Below are positions 28,390 through 37,423 of a stretch of 64,000 nt of DNA, one piece after another (the first letter of the stretch is position 1; every line of letters starts with the position of its first letter). This stretch comes from a virus. Its lineage: Duplodnaviria; Caudoviricetes. The translations under genes and the position numbers were made by a program. The stretch is taken from the IMG/VR virus record IMGVR_UViG_3300045958_000007, positions 1-64,000 of that record. The stretch is one strand, 5' to 3'. The notes beneath the pieces were generated by a model. That model searched no databases and had not been told where the DNA came from. It was given only the letters and a program-made list of their open reading frames with translations.

Positions 28390-28740
28390 CTATTCCTCTT
28401 CGCCTTCGCCTTCGCCTTCGTCCTCGTCGTCGTCCATGTCGTCGTCGTCGCCGGCGCCGGGCTTGATGCCGTAGCTCTTCGCCACATGGTCGAGCATGTC
28501 CTGGCCGTCCTCGTGGGGCGTGCCGTTGCCGTCCTCGCGGAAGTCCGGGAGGTAGCGGCCGGCCTTGTCCGCCGCGGCCTGCTCGGCGGGAGCCGGCTTG
28601 CGGAAGGTGCGGGTGATGAAGGCCTGCCCGCCGGCGCTGTTCTTGGCCGGGTGGATCTCCATGTGGTGAATCTCGCCCTTCGCGGTGTTGCGCAGCCCGG
28701 CGAGGGGCTTGGTCTTGGGAGGTGCTGCTTTCTTTTGCAT
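28390..28740 (-). CDS. Hypothetical protein with acidic tail
   Basis: ATG 28740; D/E-rich C-terminus. Confidence 0.55.
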   Translation of the reverse strand: MQKKAAPPKTKPLAGLRNTAKGEIHHMEIHPAKNSAGGQAFITRTFRKPAPAEQAAADKAGRYLPDFREDGNGTPHEDGQDMLDHVAKSYGIKPGAGDDDDMDDDEDEGEGEGEEE

Positions 28741-28774
28741 CGGGTTTACTTGCCTGCGGTCTGGCGCGCTCGCT

Positions 28775-30307
28775 CTAGCCGCGCATCCAGCCGGAACTGC
28801 CGTACATCGAGCCGGCGAACTCGTCCATCTCGTCGTCGTCGTCGCCACCCTCGGGTTCGGGCGGCGCTACCGGCTGCGCGAAGGTGAGGGCCAGGGCGTC
28901 GGCGTCGTCGGGGCTCGCGATGCCGCGCTCCTTCATGTCTTCCTTGGACTCGATCACCAGCTTGGAAGACTGGTTGATGTGGTAGCCCGGCCCGGTGAGC
29001 TGCAGCGCCAGGTCCTCCTCGTCGGGAATCGCGCCGCGGAGCAGCCAGTCCTTCATCTGCGCCCACATATAGGCGCGCCAGTTGAATTGGTGGGGGTCCG
29101 GGCTCCGGCCCCCGAAATTCACTTCAAAAACATTGTTGAACCCCAGCGCCTTCAGCCGTTCGTAGATGGCCGCGCCGAATGCCGAGTCGATGAACAGGGC
29201 CGCGATCTTGCGGCCCGGCCGCTGGTCCCGCAGCAGTTCCGCCGCGACTCCGACCAATACGCTGCGGTCGCGTCCCTGCTCGCCGGTAATCCGCACCGGC
29301 GCGATCGAGCGGGCATCCAGGCCGCGGCGAAATCGGATCACGTTCCACGCCGCTCCCCCGCCCGACACGTCGAAGCCCGCGATCAGGGGCTCGTCCTTCA
29401 GGGCTTGGGCTGCGCGCTTGCGGGCGTCGTTCACCCGGCCGTTGTCGATAAACTGGAGCTCGTCGGCCAGGGGCGGCTGGCCGAGCACCCGAACCCGCAC
29501 GAAATCGCTGTCGATCCCGTACTGCTGGATCCACTTCTCGATCAGCGGCTTGTTCGCAAACCGCGAAGTGCGGGAGTCGACGGAGTGCCGGATCCAGTCG
29601 TCTTTCTCCGAGCCGAAGCAGACGCGGTGAAAAGCGCCCGAGTTGCGCACCGGCTGGCCCCAGGCGAACCACATGGGCTCCCCGTCCGTGAGACCGCCCT
29701 TGGCCGTCTCCCAGATCGCATCCGGGACTTCGGAGGCCTCGTCGAAGAGGTACCAGCTCGTCGAATTCTTGGCGTGCTGGCCGGCGAAGGACTGCGCATT
29801 CTCGGCCTTGCAGGTCTGCGCCAGGATCTTCCAGGTTTCGGGGTCGGTCTTCGCCTTGATCGAATCCGCCCCGATATCGAACCAGCCTCTCACCATCAGG
29901 AGCTTCGTCCATCGCCGGATGGCGGCCCAGGTGCGGCTCTCGAGCTGGGTGTAGGTGCCGGCCGTGACGGTGCCGATCGAATAACGCCGGGTCGAGAGGA
30001 TCCAATTTGCGATCCACGCGCCCATCGAAGACTTGCCGGTGCCGTGGCCGGAATTTTCGGCCAACTGGATCGGCATTACGGGGTCGCGGCCGTTGAACCC
30101 ACGTTTCCGGACTTCCTCGCCGAGATCCCGGAGAAATCGCGCCTGGTTGTCGTCGGGCCCGGTCTCGTGCTCCAGCTCGCCGGGCTCGCCCCACGGGTAC
30201 GCCCAAATCACGAACCGCAGGGGATCGTCGTAGAACCGCCGGCGGATGAACTGGTAATCGTCCTCGCTGAACCGGACTTCAGGCGCTTGGCTTCTTTTCG
30301 CTTGCAT
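28775..30307 (-). CDS. terL: Terminase large subunit
   Basis: Walker A SGHGTGKS, Walker B LFDEAS, nuclease GFDVSGGG and SPDDADALALTF. Confidence 0.92.
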   Translation of the reverse strand: MQAKRSQAPEVRFSEDDYQFIRRRFYDDPLRFVIWAYPWGEPGELEHETGPDDNQARFLRDLGEEVRKRGFNGRDPVMPIQLAENSGHGTGKSSMGAWIANWILSTRRYSIGTVTAGTYTQLESRTWAAIRRWTKLLMVRGWFDIGADSIKAKTDPETWKILAQTCKAENAQSFAGQHAKNSTSWYLFDEASEVPDAIWETAKGGLTDGEPMWFAWGQPVRNSGAFHRVCFGSEKDDWIRHSVDSRTSRFANKPLIEKWIQQYGIDSDFVRVRVLGQPPLADELQFIDNGRVNDARKRAAQALKDEPLIAGFDVSGGGAAWNVIRFRRGLDARSIAPVRITGEQGRDRSVLVGVAAELLRDQRPGRKIAALFIDSAFGAAIYERLKALGFNNVFEVNFGGRSPDPHQFNWRAYMWAQMKDWLLRGAIPDEEDLALQLTGPGYHINQSSKLVIESKEDMKERGIASPDDADALALTFAQPVAPPEPEGGDDDDEMDEFAGSMYGSSGWMRG

Positions 30308-30896
30308 CGAACTCGGCGAGCCGTTTCTCGGCGGCTTCGAGCCTGCGCCCGAGGATTACGGAAAGGTTGATCGTCTGCGTCTGCTGCGGCGCCTTCCACT
30401 GCCCGCGCTCGATGGCGGCCTGCTGCAGGATGGCCCGCATCTCGGCCGACGTCGCGTTGTCGATCGCGTATTCCGGCACGGGCTCCGATACCCGGTTGCC
30501 CCGCTCGTCGACGCGGGTCTCCATTTTGTACGTGACCGTGACGAGGCCGGAATCGCCGCCCGGGACGGCCGCCATACCCTCGCTGTCGCCGCGCTTCTCG
30601 ATCGCGCGCTTCAGCCGCAGGTAGTGGTCCTGCAGCTCGCGCATGCGCCAGTCCGGATCCGCCACTCCTTCGGTCCGCGCATCGCGCCTCCAGTCCTCGG
30701 CGTACTCCTGGACCTTCTTTTGAAAGGCCGGATCCGCTTTCCACCGCCGGAGGGTGCGGTCCGTGACCCCGATCTTGGCCGCGATCGCCTCGGAGGTGTC
30801 GCGGGCCTCGGCCAGCAGGCGGGCTGCGTACACCTGCTGCTCGGTGAGCTGCTCGGAGGGCGGCACCGGGGGAGCCGGCGTGTTCGATTCGCTCAC
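30279..30896 (-). CDS. terS: Terminase small subunit (HTH)
   Basis: IAAKIGVTDRTLRRWKADPAF HTH; overlaps terL start. Confidence 0.75.
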   Translation of the reverse strand: MSESNTPAPPVPPSEQLTEQQVYAARLLAEARDTSEAIAAKIGVTDRTLRRWKADPAFQKKVQEYAEDWRRDARTEGVADPDWRMRELQDHYLRLKRAIEKRGDSEGMAAVPGGDSGLVTVTYKMETRVDERGNRVSEPVPEYAIDNATSAEMRAILQQAAIERGQWKAPQQTQTINLSVILGRRLEAAEKRLAEFDASEKKPSA

Positions 30897-31162
30897 GGGA
30901 GCCGGGATCTATGGCAGAACGGGCAACTGCGGTCCTCGCTCGCCCGCCATTGGGCGCGCGTCGAGGTCACTCCGCAGCGGAAGCAGACGATCAGGTCCGC
31001 GTCCTCGCCTTCGGGCTGGTCGGAGTCGCCGCCGTACAGCACCGCCAGGCAGCCGACCTGTACCCATTCGGGGGCGGCCAGGTCGACCAGGAGGCGCAGC
31101 CGCGCGCGCGCCTCGCGAACTGAATGAGTGAGCGGCGGAGCCTTTACTTCGGGCGTCGTCAT
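30893..31162 (-). CDS. Zinc-ribbon hypothetical protein
   Basis: CFRC...CPFC. Confidence 0.5.
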   Translation of the reverse strand: MTTPEVKAPPLTHSVREARARLRLLVDLAAPEWVQVGCLAVLYGGDSDQPEGEDADLIVCFRCGVTSTRAQWRASEDRSCPFCHRSRLP

Positions 31163-31350
31163 CAGCCCTCGATCGACTCCGGTAGCCGGATGGCGAACGG
31201 ATTTTCATGGGCGCCCGAGAGATTAACGGCAACCGCCGGTGCCGGGCGCTTGGGGCAGAAAACGGCGTGCTCGCCGCGGCCAAAGACGCAGGCCTCGCAG
31301 GCCGATCCGGTGTCGTTTTTATACGGTCTCGAAACGATTTCGTGCTTCAT
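31162..31350 (-). CDS. Small Cys/His protein
   Basis: CEAC...H...C; ATGA-coupled. Confidence 0.45.
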   Translation of the reverse strand: MKHEIVSRPYKNDTGSACEACVFGRGEHAVFCPKRPAPAVAVNLSGAHENPFAIRLPESIEG

Positions 31351-31976
31351 TTTTCCTTGAGCGCCATCCGTAGGGTGCTCCGCTTGACGCCGAGGTCGCG
31401 GGCGATCGCGTTCCAACTCCAGCCCTGCGCCCGCAGCTCGAGGGCGCGCCCGCGGGGAAAGATCTTGCGCGGGCGTCCGCAGGGGCGATCCTGCTTGGAT
31501 TTGGAGCGGCGGTCCCGGCCCTCCCCGACCCTGCCGGCGGCGTAGTCGCGGCGGTACTGGTCAACGCCCGCCTGGACGCGCTCGATAATCAGGTCGCGCT
31601 CGAATTCCGCGAGCACCGCCAGAATGTGCATCAGCAGCTTCGCCATGGGACTGCGCTTATCGGTGTCGATCCCCTGCGTGGGGGCGATGAAGCGGATCCC
31701 GAGGCTATCGAGCTCCTGGACTTTTTCGACGAACTCGGCGAAGGAGCGGCCGAAACGGTCGATCTTCCAGACCGCCACCACGTCGAACTTGCGCAGCCGC
31801 GCATCCTCGAGCAGCCGCTTTTGCGCCGGGCGCCGTCCGCCCGCCTTGCCCGAGGCCTTCTCGACGTACTCGATGGTGTCCCAGCCGTGCCGGGCGGCCA
31901 GCGCGCGCAGCTCCTGAAGCTGCATCTCGCAGTGTTGATCCTTGGTCGAGACGCGGGCGTAGAGAGCGGCCGTCAT
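31347..31976 (-). CDS. Small serine recombinase (resolvase/invertase)
   Basis: YARVSTKDQ, VWKIDRFGRS, AEFERDLIIERVQAG, GRPRK plus C-terminal HTH. Confidence 0.9.
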   Translation of the reverse strand: MTAALYARVSTKDQHCEMQLQELRALAARHGWDTIEYVEKASGKAGGRRPAQKRLLEDARLRKFDVVAVWKIDRFGRSFAEFVEKVQELDSLGIRFIAPTQGIDTDKRSPMAKLLMHILAVLAEFERDLIIERVQAGVDQYRRDYAAGRVGEGRDRRSKSKQDRPCGRPRKIFPRGRALELRAQGWSWNAIARDLGVKRSTLRMALKEK

Positions 31977-32458
31977 TGGGCTGTTGCTGCTTCAATCACC
32001 CATCGGACCTTGGGGCCGACCGGATACCTCGCGGCCCGCGGCCGTTTGGGGCGGTTCCAGGGCCGGCCTTCGGTCATGCCGTCCGGACGCATGCCGATGG
32101 CGCACAGGCTGGATCCGCTTTCCTCGGGCATCGTATAGGTCACCATGCGGGTGTAGCCGAGCGCCCGCGCCGCGCGCCAGATCGCGCCGTAGAGCATCGA
32201 ATTGGCGTTCTTGGCGCCGTCCGTGCAGGTGCGGCTGACTTCGATGGTGCGGCCGTCGCATAGCGCCTTCGCTACCGGATTGCCCGCGATCGCCACCCCG
32301 CGCAGACCGCCCCGCGGACCGCAGACGCCTACCGCAAAGCGATGCGCCTGCCGTCCTCCGTGGTGCCGGTGGTGGCGCTCGACGAAGCGGTTGGCGTCCT
32401 TGAGGGATACCGGGACCAGGCGCAGCGCCTGGGCCGGGCGGCTGGCGGAAGGACTCAT
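31973..32458 (-). CDS. XF1762-like GNAT-fold protein
   Basis: ANRFVERHHRHH, EVSRTCTDG, NSMLYGA, GYTRMVTYT..EESGSSL. Confidence 0.7.
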   Translation of the reverse strand: MSPSASRPAQALRLVPVSLKDANRFVERHHRHHGGRQAHRFAVGVCGPRGGLRGVAIAGNPVAKALCDGRTIEVSRTCTDGAKNANSMLYGAIWRAARALGYTRMVTYTMPEESGSSLCAIGMRPDGMTEGRPWNRPKRPRAARYPVGPKVRWVIEAATAQ

Positions 32459-33399
32459 GCGGCGCGCTTGGCCTCCGCGAATTTCGCAAGCCGCTCATGG
32501 GACATCGCGACGTACTCGGGGTTCAACTCGATCCCGACGTAGCGGCGTCCGTGCTCGAGCGCGACCAGGCCCGTGGTCGCCGCGCCGTTGAACGGATCCA
32601 GCACCACGTCGCCCGGCCGGCTTCCCGCGAGGAGGCAGGGCTCGACCAGCGCCGGCGGGAAGGTGGCGGAGTGGGCGCCCTTGAACGGCCGCGTATTGAT
32701 GCTCCAGACCGTGCGGCGGTTGCGGCCGGAGCCGTCGTCCTCCCACGGAATGCCGGTTCCGAGGTGGTTATTGGGCCGCGTAGGCGTGTCCGTGCCGCGC
32801 CCGCGCTCGTACCGCGCTAGCGTGTCTGCTTTGAGCGGTTCCTTGACCGCCGCGTGGTCGTAGTAGTAGCGCCGGCTCTTGGTGAGCAGGAACAGATACT
32901 CATGGCTGCGCGTCGGCCGATCCGTAACCGACTCGGGCATCGGGTTGCCTTTCGACCAGATGATGTCGGAGCGCAGATACCACCCGTCCGCCTGGAGGGC
33001 GAATGCCACGCGCCACGGAATGCCAACCAGGTCCTTGGGCTTCAGTCCCTCGATCGGCATCCGGTTCGGCTGGAACGTCGGGATGCCGGCATGGGGATTC
33101 TTTGAGTCCGGGTGGGTTTTGCCGGCTTTGCCGCCGCCCGTCGCATAACAGTCGCCGAGGTTGAGCCAGAGCGTGCCGTCGTCCTTGAGTACTCGCCGCA
33201 CTTCGCGGAAGACATCGACGAGCCGGGCGACATACTCCTCGGGGGTCTTTTCGAGCCCGAGCTGCCCGTCGACGCCGTAATTTCTCAACCCCCAGTAGGG
33301 GGGCGAGCTGATGCAGGTCTGCACGGATGTCCCGCGCATTCCTCGCAACCCGGCCAGGGCATCGCCCGTGAGAATCTCGTATCGCGACCTTCCCCTCAT
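32455..33399 (-). CDS. N4/N6 DNA methyltransferase (beta class)
   Basis: SSPPYWGLR, HSATFPPAL, VLDPFNGAATTG; ATG 33399 in ATGA overlap. Confidence 0.9.
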   Translation of the reverse strand: MRGRSRYEILTGDALAGLRGMRGTSVQTCISSPPYWGLRNYGVDGQLGLEKTPEEYVARLVDVFREVRRVLKDDGTLWLNLGDCYATGGGKAGKTHPDSKNPHAGIPTFQPNRMPIEGLKPKDLVGIPWRVAFALQADGWYLRSDIIWSKGNPMPESVTDRPTRSHEYLFLLTKSRRYYYDHAAVKEPLKADTLARYERGRGTDTPTRPNNHLGTGIPWEDDGSGRNRRTVWSINTRPFKGAHSATFPPALVEPCLLAGSRPGDVVLDPFNGAATTGLVALEHGRRYVGIELNPEYVAMSHERLAKFAEAKRAA

Positions 33400-33662
33400 C
33401 TCTCCTGCTCGCATTTCTCTTCCAGCCGGCGAAACGCCTTCCGCACCTTCTCCCACCGCTTTTGATCGAAGATGCCGGCGTTCAGGGTCTCGGCAAAGCT
33501 GTTCCACTGCCTCGTGAAGTCCTGCCAGAGGGCGTAACCGGCATCGCTTTCGGGCGACTTCTGAGCAATCGCCGCGGCGGGGACGGCCGCCGAGAGCGCC
33601 ATCGCCCGGAGAAGCCGGCGGCGGGTTTGGATGGAAAGGCTCATCGGCGGTTTGTTCGGCAT
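33396..33662 (-). CDS. Small protein with twin-arginine (Tat)-like signal
   Basis: TRRRLLRAMALSAAVPAAAIA-QK; GAGG RBS before ATG 33662. Confidence 0.55.
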   Translation of the reverse strand: MPNKPPMSLSIQTRRRLLRAMALSAAVPAAAIAQKSPESDAGYALWQDFTRQWNSFAETLNAGIFDQKRWEKVRKAFRRLEEKCEQER

Positions 33663-33735
33663 ACAACCTCGCGGCGCGGTATGCCAGCGCCTTGTCGGGC
33701 GGACTCGGGCTGCAGGGGAGAGCAGCCGGGTCGGC

Positions 33736-33993
33736 TCAATCAAGCTCATCGAACTGAAGTGTGGTCAGACGGTCCTCGTCGGGCACCCAATGCGCCGGGG
33801 TGCTGGGTAAGAGCGGGCTCCGGAGCGGCTCGCCGAGCGCGCTCCCTCGCGCGATGCTCGGCCGTGCGTAGTAGGCGCGCTCCGCCGCACCGTGGTTGGC
33901 GTCGAAGATTTCAGCCCATCGCGCGCAGTCGCACCGGCGGAGGCCACATGGACAGCCACCATCCAGAGCGGGCGCCAGAGCGGTTGCTGCCAT
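33736..33993 (-). CDS. Cys-rich small protein, paralog of 35030..35281
   Basis: CPC...CDCARWAEIFDANHG...YY. Confidence 0.55.
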   Translation of the reverse strand: MAATALAPALDGGCPCGLRRCDCARWAEIFDANHGAAERAYYARPSIARGSALGEPLRSPLLPSTPAHWVPDEDRLTTLQFDELD

Positions 33994-33995
33994 AG

Positions 33996-35030
33996 TTATG
34001 CCGCGAGGCGGCGCTCCGCGATCGCTAGATATGCGGGCTCGCGCTCGATCGCGACAATTTCTTTCCAACCCGCGCGGCGGGCGCCCAGAACCTCGGAGCC
34101 CGACCCGGCGAACGGCACCAGCAGCCGGGCGTCGGGCGAGGGCGGCAGAATCAGGCGCGCCAGATACTCGCACAGCTTCACCGGCTTTACCGTGGGGTGC
34201 GTGTTGCCTTCGCCGCGCTCTTTCTTACTGGCCTTGGCGCAGTAGAAGAAGCGGCTTGCCCCGCCGGCGTCGTTTTTCCAACCTGGCGGGCATTGGTGGC
34301 CGTTGAACTTCCCCCAGGTGTTGCGTGTCTTGTCGGCATGCCGCCGATCCGGAAAGCCGCCGGAGTGCAGGGTGCCGGTCTGCGCGTCCAGCTCGGCCGC
34401 AGATTGGGGATCCAGGATGACGTTCGCCGGCCAGCGGCCGGAGTCGTGCCGCGCGCTGCGGTATTCCTGCCGGCCCGGCGAGTCAATGAACCCTGGTTTG
34501 CAGTTGCGGTTACTGCTGCCCCACACCCCGTTTCCCTTCGGCCCGGGGATGCGGCAGGTGTTGATTGCGAGCGGTCGCTTTTTGCCCGGCTTCCACGCCA
34601 GCGTAATCGGCTCCCATGCGGGTTTCAGGTTGCCGCCCTTGGGAAACCCCTGCCCGTAGAGCCAGCAGAGCGTATCGCCGATCAGGAAACCCGCGTCCTC
34701 TAGCGCGCAGGCCAGGCGGTGAAAGGTCCGCGGTCCGCCGAAGGCCAGCAGCGGCGCGCCGGGCTTGAGCACGCGGAGAACCTTGGCCCAAACCTCCGGG
34801 CCCGGTACGCGATCATCCCACCTCATGCCCATGAACCCGCCGGGACCGTTGCCGGCGCCGATCCGCGCACGCCCTGCCGGATGCCGCAGATTGATCGAAC
34901 GAACCCCGCTGCCACCTTGCTTATTCGCCGTGAGGCCATACGGCGGATCGCAGAGGCAGGCATCAAATGATCCCGCCGGCATCGCGCGCAACGCCTCGGC
35001 CACCTCGCCCGCTACAATCCTGGTGCTCAT
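33996..35030 (-). CDS. N4/N6 DNA methyltransferase (beta class)
   Basis: CDPPYGL, LKPAWEPI, HPTVKP, LVPFAGSGS. Confidence 0.9.
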   Translation of the reverse strand: MSTRIVAGEVAEALRAMPAGSFDACLCDPPYGLTANKQGGSGVRSINLRHPAGRARIGAGNGPGGFMGMRWDDRVPGPEVWAKVLRVLKPGAPLLAFGGPRTFHRLACALEDAGFLIGDTLCWLYGQGFPKGGNLKPAWEPITLAWKPGKKRPLAINTCRIPGPKGNGVWGSSNRNCKPGFIDSPGRQEYRSARHDSGRWPANVILDPQSAAELDAQTGTLHSGGFPDRRHADKTRNTWGKFNGHQCPPGWKNDAGGASRFFYCAKASKKERGEGNTHPTVKPVKLCEYLARLILPPSPDARLLVPFAGSGSEVLGARRAGWKEIVAIEREPAYLAIAERRLAA

Positions 35031-35281
35031 CAATCACTCCCCCGGCCGAGCGACGATAGCGGCGACTGCGGATGGATCGCGCGCGGGCTGTAGTAATCCC
35101 GCATGGTCTCCCCGTGGTTGCGCTCGAAAATCTCGTCCCATTTCGCGCACTCGCATCGCTCCCGGCGCCCGCACCACTGGCACCGCGGCGCCGTCTTGTC
35201 CTCTTGCGTGGCGGCGCGCTCGTAGTTCGCGCGCCGGTGGCAGTTGCGGCAGATCCCGCAGGAACACCGGGGAACCTTCAC
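35030..35281 (-). CDS. Cys-rich small protein
   Basis: GTGA-coupled start; CSCGICRNC...CQWC...CECAKWDEIFERNHG...YY. Confidence 0.55.
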   Translation of the reverse strand: MKVPRCSCGICRNCHRRANYERAATQEDKTAPRCQWCGRRERCECAKWDEIFERNHGETMRDYYSPRAIHPQSPLSSLGRGSD

Positions 35282-35754
35282 CGGGGCCGTCGTCTCCGCT
35301 TTGGGCGATGGCGGCAGCTCCGGCGCTGCGCGCCCATAGCGGCAGCCGCCGGCTTTTCGTTGGCCTCCGCCGGAGCGGCCGGTGCGGTCTCGCGGGCCGC
35401 GCTCGCCAGGCTCACGGCCACGGGCAGCAGGTAGCGCCGCGCAAACTGGTCCAGTTCGAGCCCGAGCTCGGCGACCGGCAATTGAAAGTCGACGTAGATC
35501 GGACTCTTGCGCCCCACCGGGAAGATGACTGCCGCGAACGCCACCAGGTCGTTCTTTTCCCCGGCGCCGTAGACCCATTCGAGGTGGAGCGCCGCCTTCT
35601 TCGCGTGGTCGATCGCGCTGGCGTAGCCGCCGATTTCGAGGTCGCGTTCGCCGGTGCCGGGGCTGTACATCTCGGGCGTCCGGCCGCCGTCCTTCTCGAA
35701 TTCCGCCTCGAGGAGCCGCAGACACTCGAATGCGATGTGCGCGCCTTTCAGCAT
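35278..35754 (-). CDS. Hypothetical protein
   Basis: ATG 35754 overlaps upstream stop. Confidence 0.5.
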   Translation of the reverse strand: MLKGAHIAFECLRLLEAEFEKDGGRTPEMYSPGTGERDLEIGGYASAIDHAKKAALHLEWVYGAGEKNDLVAFAAVIFPVGRKSPIYVDFQLPVAELGLELDQFARRYLLPVAVSLASAARETAPAAPAEANEKPAAAAMGAQRRSCRHRPKRRRRPR

Positions 35755-36011
35755 CCGTTGAAAAGGTTCTCCATGCGCCCCACCGAGGGGTGCGCGCCGC
35801 GGCGCTGGGTGAAGTTCAGGAGGCTCGAGGATTTCTCGGCGCACCGCTCGGCGGCTTCGCGGATCTCAAACAGAAGGGGCCGGTTGGGGGCGTCCGCCGG
35901 AAGGGCGCCGATATAACGATCGATTCCGGTGAGGATGATGGTGAGCTCGTCGTTGAAGTCTTTCGCGCCGGCGGAGGCCACCGCGTTGATCCAGTCCGCC
36001 TGACTGCTCAT
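35748..36011 (-). CDS. Stand-alone HisKA/DHp-like domain lacking the phospho-His
   Basis: TAATG-coupled start; GAKDFNDELTIILTG...LFEIREAAERC...SLLNFTQRR. Confidence 0.6.
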   Translation of the reverse strand: MSSQADWINAVASAGAKDFNDELTIILTGIDRYIGALPADAPNRPLLFEIREAAERCAEKSSSLLNFTQRRGAHPSVGRMENLFNGC

Positions 36012-36250
36012 TACTTCTTGAGGCCCGCGGACACCATGAACATCGTTCCGATGGCCCCGCCCAGCAGGAGCACCAGCATCCCGAGACCCGTCATCATCAT
36101 GGTTTTGAGCGAGTCCAGCTTGCCGTCCATCCTGACGATCGCCTCCTCGTTCTTGCCGATTTGCTCGTGCAGGTTTTCGATTTTCGCGCCGTGCTCCGCC
36201 ACTCGGCTGGCGAGGGGATTTTCGGCGGAGATGGCGGTCGGGCTGGTCAT
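36011..36250 (-). CDS. Holin-like protein (coiled coil plus C-terminal TM, XhlA-like)
   Basis: 79 aa; heptad segment then TGLGMLVLLLGGAIGTMFMV. Confidence 0.5.
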   Translation of the reverse strand: MTSPTAISAENPLASRVAEHGAKIENLHEQIGKNEEAIVRMDGKLDSLKTMMMTGLGMLVLLLGGAIGTMFMVSAGLKK

Positions 36251-36434
36251 GGCGCATTACCGGGGCGGCCCTACGCTGGGATAGCGGCGGGCAAGGAAGG
36301 TTCGGGGCGGAGATCTTTTACCAACGGCGTCGGCTCCGGCTCGTGGGGGCAACCGTCGTCGGCCATGCGGTCGAGTTCGTGTTCTTGCTGAGGGCTGTCT
36401 TCGGCCACGCGATTTGCTGCCGCTGGGAACGCGG

Positions 36435-37082
36435 TTACTGGTTGACGCAACTGCCCGAGACCGCGGCGTTGACTACCCGCTGGATGTCGACGAGGCCGAA
36501 CGTGGATCCACTGCTGAGGCTCTTCAGGCTACCGACACCGCTGACTACCTGGGACACTGCCGCCACTACGTCGAGCGCGTTGGTTGCGCCGTCGCCGTTC
36601 AGATCGCAGGGGGAGAGCAGGGGGATGTTGACCGCCGGGCCCGCGGCCGTGGCGACGGCGCTTCCGGCGAGTGACGCCGATAGGGTGTTGGTCAAGGTGA
36701 ACGAGGGGCCCGTGGTGTTGGCTGAGGTGAACGGGCTGATGGGCGCTACCGGCACCGCGACGGTGGCCACCACGCCGTCCGCCAGGGTGTTGCTGTTGAC
36801 GCCGTAGAGGACGCAGGTGGTCGTCTGCTGCGCGTTGGCGCCACACTGCACGGTTTTCTGGGCGGCCGTCGCCGCCGGTCCGGCGGTGACCGTGGCGCCG
36901 GACGGAACGGTGAAACTCCACTCCGACGCCGCGATGTTCTGGCCGGCCGAGCCGGCGAGGTTGATGCTGACGGTAGCGGTCTGCCCCGGCCGCGTGGCCG
37001 GCGCGGATACGCCGAGGCTGGGCCCGCTCTGCGCGATCGCGAGCGAGGCCAGCAAGAGGGTCATCAGGAGGATTCTCTTCAT
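36435..37082 (-). CDS. Exported cohesin-like plus dockerin-like protein
   Basis: MKRILLMTLLLASLAIA-Q; AGPAATAAQKTVQC; CDLNGDGATNALDV EF-hand-like loop. Confidence 0.65.
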   Translation of the reverse strand: MKRILLMTLLLASLAIAQSGPSLGVSAPATRPGQTATVSINLAGSAGQNIAASEWSFTVPSGATVTAGPAATAAQKTVQCGANAQQTTTCVLYGVNSNTLADGVVATVAVPVAPISPFTSANTTGPSFTLTNTLSASLAGSAVATAAGPAVNIPLLSPCDLNGDGATNALDVVAAVSQVVSGVGSLKSLSSGSTFGLVDIQRVVNAAVSGSCVNQ

Positions 37083-37414
37083 GCTGCTTTGTTTCTCAGG
37101 CTTTCGTGGTGAACCCACAGCGCCACCGCCACCCGGTTCGGAAGCTCCAGCTTCGTCATGACGGCGTGCATGTACTGTTTGACCGTCCCGGGGGTGAGGT
37201 GCAGGCGACTACCGATTTCCTTGTTTTGCAGGCCCTGCCCCACCAGGAGCGCGACCTGCCGCTGGCGGCTGGTAAGCTCTCTCGATGGAGGACGGTGCTT
37301 CTTCAGCGCCGGGCCCTTGCAGTCCGGGCAGACCCGGGCGCTCTCGGTGCGAAACTCCCTCCCGCAACGGCTGCAGGTGCGGGCTTCCAGCACGGCCGGG
37401 AAATTCTGACTCAT
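37079..37414 (-). CDS. LuxR-type HTH regulator with N-terminal zinc ribbon
   Basis: CSRC...CPDC; LTSRQRQVALLVGQGLQNKEIG...TVKQYM...KL. Confidence 0.8.
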   Translation of the reverse strand: MSQNFPAVLEARTCSRCGREFRTESARVCPDCKGPALKKHRPPSRELTSRQRQVALLVGQGLQNKEIGSRLHLTPGTVKQYMHAVMTKLELPNRVAVALWVHHESLRNKAA

Positions 37415-37423
37415 GGCCCGGGG

